Part shown: positions 35,720 through 45,907 of the stretch, one piece after another | Layout: each line of letters begins with the position of its first letter | Position numbering within the stretch: the stretch's first letter is position 1 | Assembly: GCA_964551205.1 (NCBI GenBank) | Contig: CAZKCQ010000001.1 | Span: forward strand, 5,746 to 69,745 | Direction: 5' to 3' | Length of the DNA stretch: 64,000 bases | Source: an uncultured Spirochaetaceae bacterium | GTDB taxonomy: Bacteria; Spirochaetota; Spirochaetia; SZUA-6; DRHE01 | Position numbers and translations under genes: made by a program | Notes under the pieces: generated by a model | The model's input: the letters and a program-made list of their open reading frames with translations, nothing else | What the model was told of the DNA's origin: nothing | Databases searched by the model: none

Positions 35720-36763
35720 TTAGGGGTGAACCCTAAACACGATCTTGCCGATGGAACCGAAGCTGCTCTCAACAACCTGTTCGAACACTCGAGGACCCTC
35801 CTGCAACTCCGGGGTATGACTAATCAGAGGGGCGACCTCGAGCTTTCTGTCCATATGGTCCAGCGCCGCGGTCCAGTCGTTGTGCCCGGAAGGAACGATT
35901 CGGGAGTTCCACGTACCGAGGATCGTCAGTTCTTTGCGCAAGATAGAGGAGAAATCCTTCTCCCCAATAACAAACTGTCCGTGGATATTACCCAGAAAGA
36001 GGACATCGGCAAACCGAGCGGCGGACTGTACGGCCTGCAAGAATGTCCGGGGAAACCCGCAGGCTTCGACCACCCGGTCGACGCCCTGCCCCCCGGTGTG
36101 CTCCTGCAAAACGACTACCGGATCCTGTTCCCGGGAATCGACGGGGATAAATCCCATCTTCCGGGCCAACTCCAGCTTGTGTTCGTCGATATCCACGGCG
36201 AAGATGCGGGTGCATCCCCGGATGCGCAGCCACTGGGCTACCATGTTGCCGATCGGTCCGAAACCGATTACCGCCGCCGAATCTCCCGGATGAACATTGA
36301 GCCGGTTGACACCGTGAAGGGCAACGGCACAGGGTTCGGTCAACGCCGCATGAAGCAGGTCGACATGGGCAGGAACCGGCACGATGTTGTACTCCGGAAC
36401 ATAGACATACTCGGCGAATCCGCCGTTCCGGCGGGAGCCGAAGTAGTCGTAGTCCTGGCACTGGGCGTAGTCCCCGTTCTGACACGGCCGGCACCTCCGA
36501 CAGGGCAGAAGCGGGTACACGACAACACGATCCCCGGTGGAAAACCGGCTGCCCGGTGAGCTCTCCTCAACGCTGCCGGAAAACTCATGGCCCATGATCA
36601 GAGGGTAGTGATATGCGCCTCCGCCGAAGCCGCGCCGGATGTCGGAGCTGCAGATCCCGGCATAGGCAACGCGAACGAGCAGCCAATCCGCTGCCGGCTT
36701 TTCCGGCATCGGGATATCCGCAAACTCGATGAGCTTGTCCCGTTTGAGTACCAGAGCCTTCAT
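35720..36763 (-). CDS. Zn-dependent alcohol/polyol dehydrogenase (MDR family, sorbitol-DH-like)
   Basis: 'GICSSDIRRGFGG...PLIMGHEFSG' catalytic Zn site, structural Zn cysteines 'CRRCRPCQNGDYAQC', and 'IGFGPIGN' Rossmann motif. Confidence 0.85.
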   Translation of the reverse strand: MKALVLKRDKLIEFADIPMPEKPAADWLLVRVAYAGICSSDIRRGFGGGAYHYPLIMGHEFSGSVEESSPGSRFSTGDRVVVYPLLPCRRCRPCQNGDYAQCQDYDYFGSRRNGGFAEYVYVPEYNIVPVPAHVDLLHAALTEPCAVALHGVNRLNVHPGDSAAVIGFGPIGNMVAQWLRIRGCTRIFAVDIDEHKLELARKMGFIPVDSREQDPVVVLQEHTGGQGVDRVVEACGFPRTFLQAVQSAARFADVLFLGNIHGQFVIGEKDFSSILRKELTILGTWNSRIVPSGHNDWTAALDHMDRKLEVAPLISHTPELQEGPRVFEQVVESSFGSIGKIVFRVHP

Positions 36764-36843
36764 CAGTGGGAAGATCGTAAAGCAGTTTTACGTCTTTTTC
36801 AAGCATATGTAGATATTTGCGCCGATTTTTGATCGAAGTTGCT

Positions 36844-36870
36844 TGAACTATTGCCCCGACCGGCTATAAT
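36844..36870 (+). promoter_or_regulatory. Sigma70-like promoter TTGAAC-16 bp-TATAAT ending 6 nt before the ADH ATG (possible leaderless transcript)
   Basis: -35 at 36844-36849 and -10 at 36865-36870. The ATG is at 36877 and no SD is present. Confidence 0.35.
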
Positions 36871-36876
36871 ACACCC

Positions 36877-37923
36877 ATGATGAAAGCGGCAGTACTGGAG
36901 GGGCTGAACAGGATCACCCTCAAGGAGGTGGAAACTCCGATTTGCAGTCCAAACCAGGCGATTCTCAAGGTCAGAGCCTGTGCGGTATGCGGCTCGGATA
37001 TCCGCATCTACCACTACGGCAGCGATCGGGTACGATATCCCGCGGTGATCGGACACGAGATCGCCGGCGAGGTCATCGAGACGGGCACCGAGGTCACCCG
37101 AGTCAAGCAGGGAGACCGGATCGCCGTAGGAGCGGATGTGCCCTGCGGCGCCTGCTACTGGTGCACCAACGGCATGGGCACCAACTGTGCCATCAACTAC
37201 GCCGTGGGCTATCAGTTCCCCGGAGGTTTCCAGGAGTATATGCTCTTGAACGAAACGATTCTGAACTTCGGGCCGGTCACGCCTATCCCCGAAGGGCTTT
37301 CCTTCAACGAGGCCGCCCTGGCGGAGCCTCTGGCCTGCGCGATCAACGGTCTGGAGCTATCCCGGTTCAGTCTGGGCAAGAGCCTGTGCGTCATCGGCCT
37401 GGGACCGATCGGCTGCATGATGCTCGAGCTGTCCAAGGTTTTCGGCGCCTCCCGAGTCTTTGCGGCTCAGCGTTCGGCCAGGCGACTGGAGATGGCCCGG
37501 CAGTTTCGGGAGGATGCCCGTTTCATCTCCACAAAACAGGAAGATCTTGTGGAGACGGTGATGCGGGAGACAGACGGGGAAGGTGTGGATCTGGCCATCA
37601 CTACCGCAGGTACGGTTCAAGCTCATGAAGATGCGATCAAGATGGTGAGGCACCGAGGATACGTGAATCTCTTCGGTGGCCTGAAAGACCAACCCAAGCT
37701 CTGTATAGACTCCAACCTGATCCACTACAAGGAATGTTTTGTCATGGGCAGCCACGGTTCTCTTCCCCGCCACCATAACAAAGCGATGGAGCTGATCGCC
37801 AGGGGCGACGTACGAGCCACCCGCTATGTGTCCAAGGTGTTTCCGCTTCAGGAGATCGGGCAGGCCTTCGAGTTTCACGAGGCACGGCGGGGATTGAAGG
37901 TTATTGTGGATCCTCACGCGTGA
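36877..37923 (+). CDS. Zn-dependent alcohol/polyol dehydrogenase (MDR family)
   Basis: 'CAVCGSDIRIYHYG...PAVIGHEIAGEV', 'CGACYWCTNGMGTNC' and 'IGLGPIGCM' motifs. Confidence 0.85.
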   Translation: MMKAAVLEGLNRITLKEVETPICSPNQAILKVRACAVCGSDIRIYHYGSDRVRYPAVIGHEIAGEVIETGTEVTRVKQGDRIAVGADVPCGACYWCTNGMGTNCAINYAVGYQFPGGFQEYMLLNETILNFGPVTPIPEGLSFNEAALAEPLACAINGLELSRFSLGKSLCVIGLGPIGCMMLELSKVFGASRVFAAQRSARRLEMARQFREDARFISTKQEDLVETVMRETDGEGVDLAITTAGTVQAHEDAIKMVRHRGYVNLFGGLKDQPKLCIDSNLIHYKECFVMGSHGSLPRHHNKAMELIARGDVRATRYVSKVFPLQEIGQAFEFHEARRGLKVIVDPHA

Positions 37924-37937
37924 ATCGGAGAAGGAAC

Positions 37938-38609
37938 ATGAGTAGGATCAAGGTAGCTCCATCGATGATGTGCGCCGATTTCCTGAACCTGGAGAAACAG
38001 ATCGAAGTGATGGAAGCAAGGGGAATCGACTATCTGCACATCGACATCATGGACGGTCACTACGTTCCCAACTTCACCCTGGGACCGGATTTCTGCCGCC
38101 GTCTGGCTGCAGCAACCAACATTCCTTTGGATATTCATCTGATGATCGAGAATCCGGACTCCTACATCCCGATCTTTGCCGCCTTTGGGGCTCCGGCGCT
38201 GTACATCCACCCGGAGACCAGCTACCATCCGCTGCGATCCCTGCAGCTGATTCGCAGCTGCGGCGCTCGGCCGGGGATAGCCCTGGATCCTGCCGTACCT
38301 GTGGACTCGAGCCGCCCGCTGCTTCCCTACGTCGATCTGGCCTGCATTATGACCGTGAACTCCGGCTACGCGGGACAGAAACTGATCCCTCATACGATCG
38401 ACAAGGTCAAGGAGCTTACCGCTATCATCGATGCGGAGAGGCTGGAGATCGAGATCGAGGTGGATGGAAACGTCAGCTGGAAGAACATTCCCCTAATGGT
38501 CGAAGCGGGAGCGCGGATCCTCGTGGCTGGAAGCTCTTCCCTGTTCGAGGAAGGAACCGAGCTGGAGGCCACTATCGGACGACTTTACCAGTTGATCGGC
38601 AGGGAATGA
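37938..38609 (+). CDS. Ribulose-phosphate 3-epimerase family protein (AlsE/allulose-6-phosphate-epimerase-like)
   Basis: ATG at 37938 with a GGAGAAGGA RBS. 'APSMMCADFLNLEKQIEVMEARGIDYLHIDIMDGHYVPNFTLGP' is the canonical RPE N-terminal block. Confidence 0.8.
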   Translation: MSRIKVAPSMMCADFLNLEKQIEVMEARGIDYLHIDIMDGHYVPNFTLGPDFCRRLAAATNIPLDIHLMIENPDSYIPIFAAFGAPALYIHPETSYHPLRSLQLIRSCGARPGIALDPAVPVDSSRPLLPYVDLACIMTVNSGYAGQKLIPHTIDKVKELTAIIDAERLEIEIEVDGNVSWKNIPLMVEAGARILVAGSSSLFEEGTELEATIGRLYQLIGRE

Positions 38610-38624
38610 CCAGGACAGATAGAG

Positions 38625-39398
38625 ATGCTCGAACCGGAACGACATGAGCTAATCCTCCGGGTGCTGCGGCAGGGACGTTTTGCCTCGATCTTGGACATCG
38701 TCAATCTGATGCACTGCTCGGAAGCCACGGTACGGCGGGATCTGGCCAAACTGGATGCCACGGGCAAACTCCACCGAGTCCGCGGCGGTGCCGAGCTGAC
38801 AGAGAGAATTGTGGATGACGCAGAGCCGACTGCGCAGCTACCCTTTGAGTACCGCAAAGGGATCCTGTTGGAGACTAAGCGGTTGATCGCCCGCAAGGCC
38901 GCCTCCCTCTGCTCCGAAGAGGAAACCGTGATCATCGACGGCGGCTCCACTACTTTCCAGATGGCCGAGTTCCTTCGGGAAGCCCGGCTGAAGATCATCA
39001 CCAACTCTTTCGCCATCGCTGAAGTTTTGATCAAGAACTCCCAGAATACCGTGATTCTCAACGGCGGGATCGTCTATCCGGATTCGCAGCTCATTCTCGA
39101 TCCGTTTCAGGAGGAGGGGTTCCGCAACTATTCAGCAACCAAGGTCTTCATGGGAGTGTATGGGATCGACGAGCTGGGAGCTACAAACACGGACACGCTT
39201 CTCATCAAAACGGAGCGGGCCATGATCGAGCGGGGTCGAGAGTTGATTATCCTGGCGGATGCGAGCAAGTTCAATCGCCGCGGCAACCTGCTGCTCTGCG
39301 GGTTCGAGAAGATCACTACCATCATCACCGACCGTGGTATCTCACAACCGCAACGGGACATGGTGCAAGCGAACAACGTTGAGCTGATACTGGTTTAG
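38625..39398 (+). CDS. DeoR/GlpR family transcriptional regulator
   Basis: 'RHELILRVLRQGRFASILDIVNLMHCSEATVRRDLAKL' HTH followed by a DeoR C-terminal sugar-binding domain. Confidence 0.85.
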   Translation: MLEPERHELILRVLRQGRFASILDIVNLMHCSEATVRRDLAKLDATGKLHRVRGGAELTERIVDDAEPTAQLPFEYRKGILLETKRLIARKAASLCSEEETVIIDGGSTTFQMAEFLREARLKIITNSFAIAEVLIKNSQNTVILNGGIVYPDSQLILDPFQEEGFRNYSATKVFMGVYGIDELGATNTDTLLIKTERAMIERGRELIILADASKFNRRGNLLLCGFEKITTIITDRGISQPQRDMVQANNVELILV

Positions 39399-39510
39399 TT
39401 CGATGGTTTTTTTGAGAGTATTTGGTCAGAAACCGGCAATGCTGTACCCGGCCGGTGGCATTCCCTTGTTATTCGTCTACCAATAACATGTGCTCTGATC
39501 AGGATTCGGT

Positions 39511-40623
39511 ATGACTTCGAAACAACGCACCCATGCCGCACTGAAACGCCAACCAGTAGACCGGATTCCTGTCTTTATGTGGTTCCACCCAAACACAGAA
39601 CGGAATTTAGCAAGATTGTTGGAAGTGCCAGCTTCTGACGTAAGCGAGGCCATGGGGAACGATATCCTTCAGACATGGGTAAACAATAACTATGCGATGG
39701 AAGGCATCATTCACGAACGGGACGGTGAGTGCCATGTCGATTTCTGGGGAATCACCTGGGAGAAGGAAGGAGCATTCAACCAGCCAGTCAGCTTCCCCCT
39801 TGCCGGATCGACGGAGCACGAGCTGCAGGCATATACGTTTCCGCAGGACAAGATAGACTTCCTCTTACATCTCATGGATCCTGTAATTGAGCGACAAAAG
39901 GAGCTATTCATCGGTTGCGATATCTCTCCCTGCGCCTTCGAGATGTACTGGCGACTGCGTGGACTGGAGGAAGCCCTTTTGGATATCGCGGCTAATCCCA
40001 AACTGGCCAAGTTGATGCTTCTTCGCTGTGTCAACTTTGCGCGTACACTTGCCGAACGGGCTTGTCATGAGTTTCCTTTGGACTGGCTGTGGACCGGTGA
40101 TGATGTGGCCGGTTAAAATGGCATGATTTTCAGCCCCGCTTACTGGCGTGAGCTGATCAAACCCCGATTAGCAGAAATTTTCGCTGTAGGGAAGTCATCG
40201 AACCTCTGGGTGGCATTCCACTGTTGCGGAGCCTTGCGCCCGATCATCCCCGATCTGATAGAAATCGGCTTAGATGTTCTTAATCCTATACAAGCCGGCT
40301 GTCCCGGCATGGATGCCCTTGAGCTGAAGCGTGAATATGGAAATGAGTTGGCGTTTATGGGCGGTTTAGACACGCAAGGTATTATTCCCTTCGGAAGCGA
40401 AAAGGAGGTCAGATGTCATGTTTCCGAACTCTTGGATGTCATGACCTCCGGCGGAGGAGGATACATCCTGGCCGCATCTCACACAATTCCGCCGGAGACA
40501 CCTGAACGCAACCTCTTCGCCATGTACGATGAAACCGGCATAAACCGACAAGAGATCCTCGATCGGGCAGCCGATATTCGACAAAGGAATCGCAGATCCA
40601 CCGGTTCACCTCGCGCCGATTAA
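39511..40623 (+). pseudogene. URO-D/MtaA-like family gene (paralogue 6) interrupted by a single in-frame TAA stop at 40114-40116
   Basis: ORFs 39511-40116 and 40123-40623 are in the same frame: '...WLWTGDDVAG*NGMIFSPAYWRELIKPRL...'. The stop falls in the conserved 'DDxxG-x-xG...SP' block that is intact in the paralogues. Confidence 0.6.
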
Positions 40624-40717
40624 GGAGCTTCTCTCGTACACCTTTGACCCGTCTATGGGTTCCAGACAGAGCCGCACCAGCACGAGGTGAATGCGAAGTT
40701 TTCAGTGAGCCCCTCAC

Positions 40718-41875
40718 CTATGCAATACTGTGCCAACGATGCGTCTTCGCGGATTCGATTATTGCATCGATAGCTTGATTCGCTTTCCAGCCATCATAAA
40801 AATTGGGTTGCATGCTCCTATGGTTCAATATTGCGTCGATCATCTCGAATAATTGAATCACGAATGGCTCGTAAAATCCGGTGCCCATTCCAGCCATTGG
40901 GGATATTGTATTACCATAGGGATGGTCTTCACCGCCAACCAATATTTTGGTGAAACCATTTTGTCCCTTTCTCATACTGGTGGAGCAAAAATGCACTTCG
41001 TTCGGTTGTTCCCAATCAAAGAGTACACTACCACCGGTTCCATAAAGTTCAAACTCGAAATGGTTTTTTCGTCCCTGCGCAACACGGCTAGCTAACATAT
41101 TCCCTTGCGCTCCATTATCGAATTCCAACAACACATTACAAATATCATCAACATCGACTTTTCCGGTTTTTGGGCTGCCTTGGGCAGGAAAGTCTACCAG
41201 CGGTCTTTCCTCTATATGCGTTGATAAGCGACCTGTAACTTCCTTGATTTCCCCGACAAGAAAACGAGCCATATCGATTGCATGGGAGCCTAAATCACCG
41301 AGCACACCGCTTCCAGCGAATTTTTTTTGAAAATGCCAATCCAATGGGATATCACTATCTAGTGCCCAATCCTGTGTAAAAGAAATTCTAAACGACAATA
41401 TTGAGCCAAGAAACCCCTCTTTTACCCAACTCTTCACCAATAACACTGCAGGAGTCTTCCTGTAATTGAAGTTAATACCGTGTACTATACCGGCTTTTCT
41501 TGCGGCCTCATAAAGTTGTTTGGCATCTTCTGCGTTAAGAGCTAATGGTTTTTCACAAAAAATATTTTTATGTTGATTGATAATTTCCAACGCGAGTTCT
41601 TTGTGTAAAAAATTCGGAACTGCTACGACCACCAGATTGATATTTTCATCTTCTACCAGTGTGTGCCAGTCATCGGTCCAGTCATCGATGCCTACCCTCG
41701 AGGCAGCCTTTTGGGCAGAATAGTCGTCTTTGTCTGCGATGAGCTTGAAGGTTACATCTTTCACCTTATCTGCGAAAAATCCCTTTACCATTTGAAATGC
41801 TGTTGCATGCACTCGTCCGATGAAGCCCCCGCCTATGAGGCCGATACACAGTCTGTCCATTAGCACCTCCAGCAA
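40718..41875 (-). CDS. Gfo/Idh/MocA family oxidoreductase (low-GC island)
   Basis: 'LCIGLIGGGFIGRVHA' and 'CEKPLA' motifs. 385 aa. Confidence 0.8.
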   Translation of the reverse strand: MLEVLMDRLCIGLIGGGFIGRVHATAFQMVKGFFADKVKDVTFKLIADKDDYSAQKAASRVGIDDWTDDWHTLVEDENINLVVVAVPNFLHKELALEIINQHKNIFCEKPLALNAEDAKQLYEAARKAGIVHGINFNYRKTPAVLLVKSWVKEGFLGSILSFRISFTQDWALDSDIPLDWHFQKKFAGSGVLGDLGSHAIDMARFLVGEIKEVTGRLSTHIEERPLVDFPAQGSPKTGKVDVDDICNVLLEFDNGAQGNMLASRVAQGRKNHFEFELYGTGGSVLFDWEQPNEVHFCSTSMRKGQNGFTKILVGGEDHPYGNTISPMAGMGTGFYEPFVIQLFEMIDAILNHRSMQPNFYDGWKANQAIDAIIESAKTHRWHSIA

Positions 41876-41956
41876 ATGCGGTGTCCTATTGTGAAGAAAT
41901 CAACAGGTTGAAAGACCACAGAAATCCCCAGTTCGATATCTTCAATTATAGGATCG

Positions 41957-42922
41957 TTATACGAACCAGGGTTTCTCTGCTTTTTCAGAAATAGAAACAT
42001 CTTTTAAAAATTTCATTGCCTTCGACAAACCTTCCATAACGGACATCTGTTGATCTTCATGCTCGATACTTAACACAAAGTCGTATCCAATATTGCGTAA
42101 CATGCTAACGAAGTCTTTCCAAAATCCTGCTCCATGTCCATAACCGACTGTTCTAAAATTCCATGAGCGGTTCAAAGGCTCCTGATAGCTCCTGGTATCC
42201 AGTACTCCGGTTTTTGATTTCATATACTCATCAATCTTCGTATCTTTGGCATGAACATGATAAATACACTCTCCGAGATCTCTAGCCGCTACAACTGGGT
42301 CAATTCCTTGCCAAAACAGATGGCTGGGATCGAGATTTGCCCCTATTATTTCCCCCACAGAATCTCTTAGCTTTAGAAGCTTTTCTGGATTGTAAACCGT
42401 ATCTCCAGGATGCATCTCGAAACAGAGCTTTTTTACACCATGTTTTAAGGCATACTTCGCCATATCTCTCCAAAAAGGTATGACTTTCTTCTCCCACTGC
42501 CAAACTGCGAGATCTGCGTAATAATCGGGCCATGGACAGGTTACCCAATTGGGAACCTTTGCTTCATCTGAATCTCCAGGGCAGCCAGCGAATACTATGA
42601 CCCGTTCTACCCCCATTTTCCCTGCTAGTTGCAAAGTATCCTGTAAGTCTTTAGTGTGAGCGTAGGAAATCCTCTTGTCAGGGTGGAGAGGATTGCCCGA
42701 ACACCCAAATGCACTGATAAATAGTCCTCTCGTTTCTATCTTTTCGAGTGTATCTCTAATTTGTTGTTCATCTTCCAGCAGGGCAGCCGGATCGCAATGA
42801 GTCTTGGGAGCAAAACCTCCGGTGGGTAGTTCAACAGATTCTCCTCCTATGCCTGCTATAATGTCCACAGCCTCGTCCAAACTCCGATCGGCGAACAAAA
42901 CGGAAAATACACCTATTTTCAT
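41957..42922 (-). CDS. Sugar phosphate isomerase/epimerase (xylose-isomerase-like TIM barrel)
   Basis: 321 aa. 'VELPTGG', 'FEMHPGD' and 'HVHAKD' blocks. Confidence 0.7.
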   Translation of the reverse strand: MKIGVFSVLFADRSLDEAVDIIAGIGGESVELPTGGFAPKTHCDPAALLEDEQQIRDTLEKIETRGLFISAFGCSGNPLHPDKRISYAHTKDLQDTLQLAGKMGVERVIVFAGCPGDSDEAKVPNWVTCPWPDYYADLAVWQWEKKVIPFWRDMAKYALKHGVKKLCFEMHPGDTVYNPEKLLKLRDSVGEIIGANLDPSHLFWQGIDPVVAARDLGECIYHVHAKDTKIDEYMKSKTGVLDTRSYQEPLNRSWNFRTVGYGHGAGFWKDFVSMLRNIGYDFVLSIEHEDQQMSVMEGLSKAMKFLKDVSISEKAEKPWFV

Positions 42923-43072
42923 TGCAAGTACTCCTCAATTACTCAACTGTCCAAGTTTATATACCATGGTTGTTGCGCTTCATGTTAACCAGCTATCTAT
43001 CGAAGGTCATTACCTTTGATACACCTGCATCAACGATTGAATTCTTCTCTGAAGGCAGGTCGTTTCTCCGGT

Positions 43073-44416
43073 CTATATTCTATTCTGGAGCACGCGGACT
43101 GCATTTCGCGCCGCACCGATGGCAGCTGCCTCATTCATTGAATTCAACACAACAGGCAACCCCAATACACTTTCTGCGGCTGCTCGGATCAGCGGATTTA
43201 GTGCAAGGCCGTTCCCACTTCCCATGATTCTGATCCGTTCAGATCGTAGTTCAGCGGGCAGCAAATCCCGAAGTGTAGTACAGATACCCGTCGCCAAAGC
43301 TCTGGCAACAGAACCCAGGGAGAAATTGTCCAGACCGATCCCTTCGATGGAGCCGCGAAGTTCTTCATTATTCCTCTCTCCAAGGAAACTTGGACTGATG
43401 GTGAGTCCCTCAGACGAATCGGCTAGTCCCAGTTCGTTCATTGTAATGTATATTCGCTGCAATGGGATCTCGGCCAGGCATAGGGCGCTCATCCATTCCT
43501 GAACGACTGTTGCTAGCCATCGCCATGCAGAACCTCCGGAAAGGATCGCTGACACTGCAAGCAGCCTGTCATCCATGTAGGGGCGATACTCGAAAGTGGG
43601 GTATGCTTTCGGTGTTACCTGTTGCATGTTATTTGACAATACCGCCGATAGCTGAGCCCCTGTTCCTATTGTGAGGAATAGTTCCTTCTCCGGTTCTTGA
43701 AGGGTGGCGAAAATCGAAGCCTGATTGTCCCCAACCGCCGTGATTACCGGAATGCCCGCCGGTATATCAAAGAACTCCGCCCGTTCTCTTAAAAGGTGCC
43801 CGGCGATATGCCCATCGGGTACATTTTTCGGCAACAACTCAACCGGAATCCCGATAGCGGAAGCGGTTTCTTTATCCCACGATGAAGCTTTCAGATCGAA
43901 CAACCCCCAACTTGCAGCATTCGTGGGATCTGTAAGGGGGCGGGACAGACCGCAGAGCTGAGCCACGACAAGATCCTGTATTGTACTGGCGCTTATGGAT
44001 TCCAGGGGCAATTTCTTGAAGTCGGAGAACCAAGCAAGGGTCGCACATCCAAAACCACTACGCAACGATTTCCCTGTACGAGTGTTCAGTGCTTCCAGAA
44101 ATCCTCCCTCAAGACAACGCTTGTCCTGCCACGTAACCAAAGGAGATACAGGAGCGTTGTACCGATCCAGAAGCACCACACCGTGCATCTGGCCGGTAAC
44201 GCCGATCCCACTTATTCTCCTTCGCAAGTCCTGAGGAATTCTTTTGAGTGAATTCCAACATGACTCGAATAAAATGCTAACGTCTTGTTCCGAACGCCCG
44301 GGCGGCGAAGGAATATCGGCTCGATGTAAACGCCCGGCGACAGCGTGAACCTCCCCGTTCCCATCCGTAATAACTGCTGCCGTTTTGCTCGTGCCGATGT
44401 CAATTCCGAGATACAT
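43073..44416 (-). CDS. FGGY family carbohydrate kinase (xylulokinase/sedoheptulokinase-like)
   Basis: 'MYLGIDIGTSKTAAVI' N-terminal actin-fold motif and 'GTGAQLS'/'MGSGNG' C-terminal motifs. Internal ATG at 44416 is preferred over 44479. Confidence 0.7.
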   Translation of the reverse strand: MYLGIDIGTSKTAAVITDGNGEVHAVAGRLHRADIPSPPGRSEQDVSILFESCWNSLKRIPQDLRRRISGIGVTGQMHGVVLLDRYNAPVSPLVTWQDKRCLEGGFLEALNTRTGKSLRSGFGCATLAWFSDFKKLPLESISASTIQDLVVAQLCGLSRPLTDPTNAASWGLFDLKASSWDKETASAIGIPVELLPKNVPDGHIAGHLLRERAEFFDIPAGIPVITAVGDNQASIFATLQEPEKELFLTIGTGAQLSAVLSNNMQQVTPKAYPTFEYRPYMDDRLLAVSAILSGGSAWRWLATVVQEWMSALCLAEIPLQRIYITMNELGLADSSEGLTISPSFLGERNNEELRGSIEGIGLDNFSLGSVARALATGICTTLRDLLPAELRSERIRIMGSGNGLALNPLIRAAAESVLGLPVVLNSMNEAAAIGAARNAVRVLQNRI

Positions 44417-44453
44417 ATCGCTGCTTATATGTTCTGTCATTGACCACGCCATT

Positions 44454-45872
44454 TCAAACCAATATGCAAGTGAGATCAAGCACTTCCGCTAACACTCGAA
44501 GTTCCTGTTGATAGTCACCATACACAATAACCGTGTGCTCCCGTGAGATATTCTCAACAAAGCTTTCAAGATCATCGAACTCCAAGAGAGCGGTAGACTC
44601 GCAGTGGGGCATATTCTTATGGCGGGTTGTTTCGAGTATTTTGCCACCGGTAACAAGGAGCGTCCTGCCATCGAACTTTAACTCGACAACAGTCATCCTT
44701 CGGCTCCCGATAAGATCTCCATCAAGACCGCATCCTCTACCGTCGCGTTTGATCTCATAGGTTCCGCCGAAATCCTTCAGGAGACTCTTTCCCGAGGGAG
44801 TCATTTCGGGGGATACCACTCCCACAAAAGCACAGTGGCCGATTCGCGCTAAATTGTTCCAGCATTTGTCTGGATATATCGCAGGATCCGGCGAAATAGG
44901 ATCGCCGAAATGGTCGGTCAATGCTCCGATATACGATATGGGATACATGTTTGACATCATGCACGGAAGGTCGAGGAAGTAAGAGACGAAAGCCATGCTC
45001 ATCATTGCGCAATAGTCTCCGTCGCAAGAGGCGATATAGCCTTCTTCCCGGAGCAGAACCTGAGCTAAGCAGGGAACGTCCCGACCCCCGTTGATGATCA
45101 GATCTCCATAGCAATTCACTCCGAATCCAAGAGCTTTTTCTTCTTCGAGAATGGACTGTATCGCGATGGTACTCCTAAGTGCCTGTCGTAGCTCGTCGCT
45201 GCGAACCGTACTATTGATGTAGCGTCCTTTTCGTGATTTCCACAGCTCGTCGATTGCCGCTTCGCTCACCTCCGGATATCGTGAGCGGATTTCGGCGATT
45301 GGTCGAACTATGATACGTGTGCCAAGATTTTCCGTTACTAGGTAGCTGGCAGCACTAGCGTTCCAGGGGAAGTTCTGTTCTCCGAACACTACTAGAGAGG
45401 AGTTATTGAGCAAACGCTTCATGCCGAGCGCCCGAAGGTAGGATAGACCTTCTTGACCGTTCGCGAGTATTCGCGCCTCGACGCCAAGCGAGTGTAGGAA
45501 ATCCCGAGCAGACCACCGCCAGAAATCGGGCTCATCGTATTCCATGAGCGGCCAGAATAGCAATGGCAGTCCCCTGTCGATCAGGGGTTGGGGATGCGAG
45601 TTCCATACCTCTGTTGGATAAGCCGGGATACTGACAGCCAACACTGCGTCGATTTCCGGACCCAGATTTTTAATGACCTTTTCCCATTGTTCGGGTGATT
45701 CAATTGGAATCACGTCATTTAATACTCCACAGCCTTGAATCGCTTTCGAGAGGGCCTCCAGGTCGATATTGGGCTTGCCTTTTTTTGCGAGGATGGGTTG
45801 AAGCCGAGCGAGCGGCCGTTTCAAATATTCTTTTGGTTCTATAGCTAAATAACGGTGTGCGTGTTCCTGCAA
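44454..45872 (-). CDS. Hypothetical protein, possibly L-fucose/L-arabinose isomerase-like family (COG2407-like)
   Basis: 472 aa and soluble. The C-terminal third ('MPHCESTALLEFDD...') is reminiscent of the fucose-isomerase C-terminal substrate-binding domain. This is a weak assignment. Confidence 0.35.
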   Translation of the reverse strand: MQEHAHRYLAIEPKEYLKRPLARLQPILAKKGKPNIDLEALSKAIQGCGVLNDVIPIESPEQWEKVIKNLGPEIDAVLAVSIPAYPTEVWNSHPQPLIDRGLPLLFWPLMEYDEPDFWRWSARDFLHSLGVEARILANGQEGLSYLRALGMKRLLNNSSLVVFGEQNFPWNASAASYLVTENLGTRIIVRPIAEIRSRYPEVSEAAIDELWKSRKGRYINSTVRSDELRQALRSTIAIQSILEEEKALGFGVNCYGDLIINGGRDVPCLAQVLLREEGYIASCDGDYCAMMSMAFVSYFLDLPCMMSNMYPISYIGALTDHFGDPISPDPAIYPDKCWNNLARIGHCAFVGVVSPEMTPSGKSLLKDFGGTYEIKRDGRGCGLDGDLIGSRRMTVVELKFDGRTLLVTGGKILETTRHKNMPHCESTALLEFDDLESFVENISREHTVIVYGDYQQELRVLAEVLDLTCILV

Positions 45873-45907
45873 ATTTTTCCTCCGCCGTTTATTTGTATTG
45901 TTTGTCG

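Noticed and set aside
40660-40700. GTGAG-CCC-CTCAC short hairpin between convergent genes (URO-D fragment and Gfo/Idh/MocA gene)
   Set aside because: The stem is only 5 bp and is not followed by a U-tract on either strand, so it is too weak to call an intrinsic terminator.
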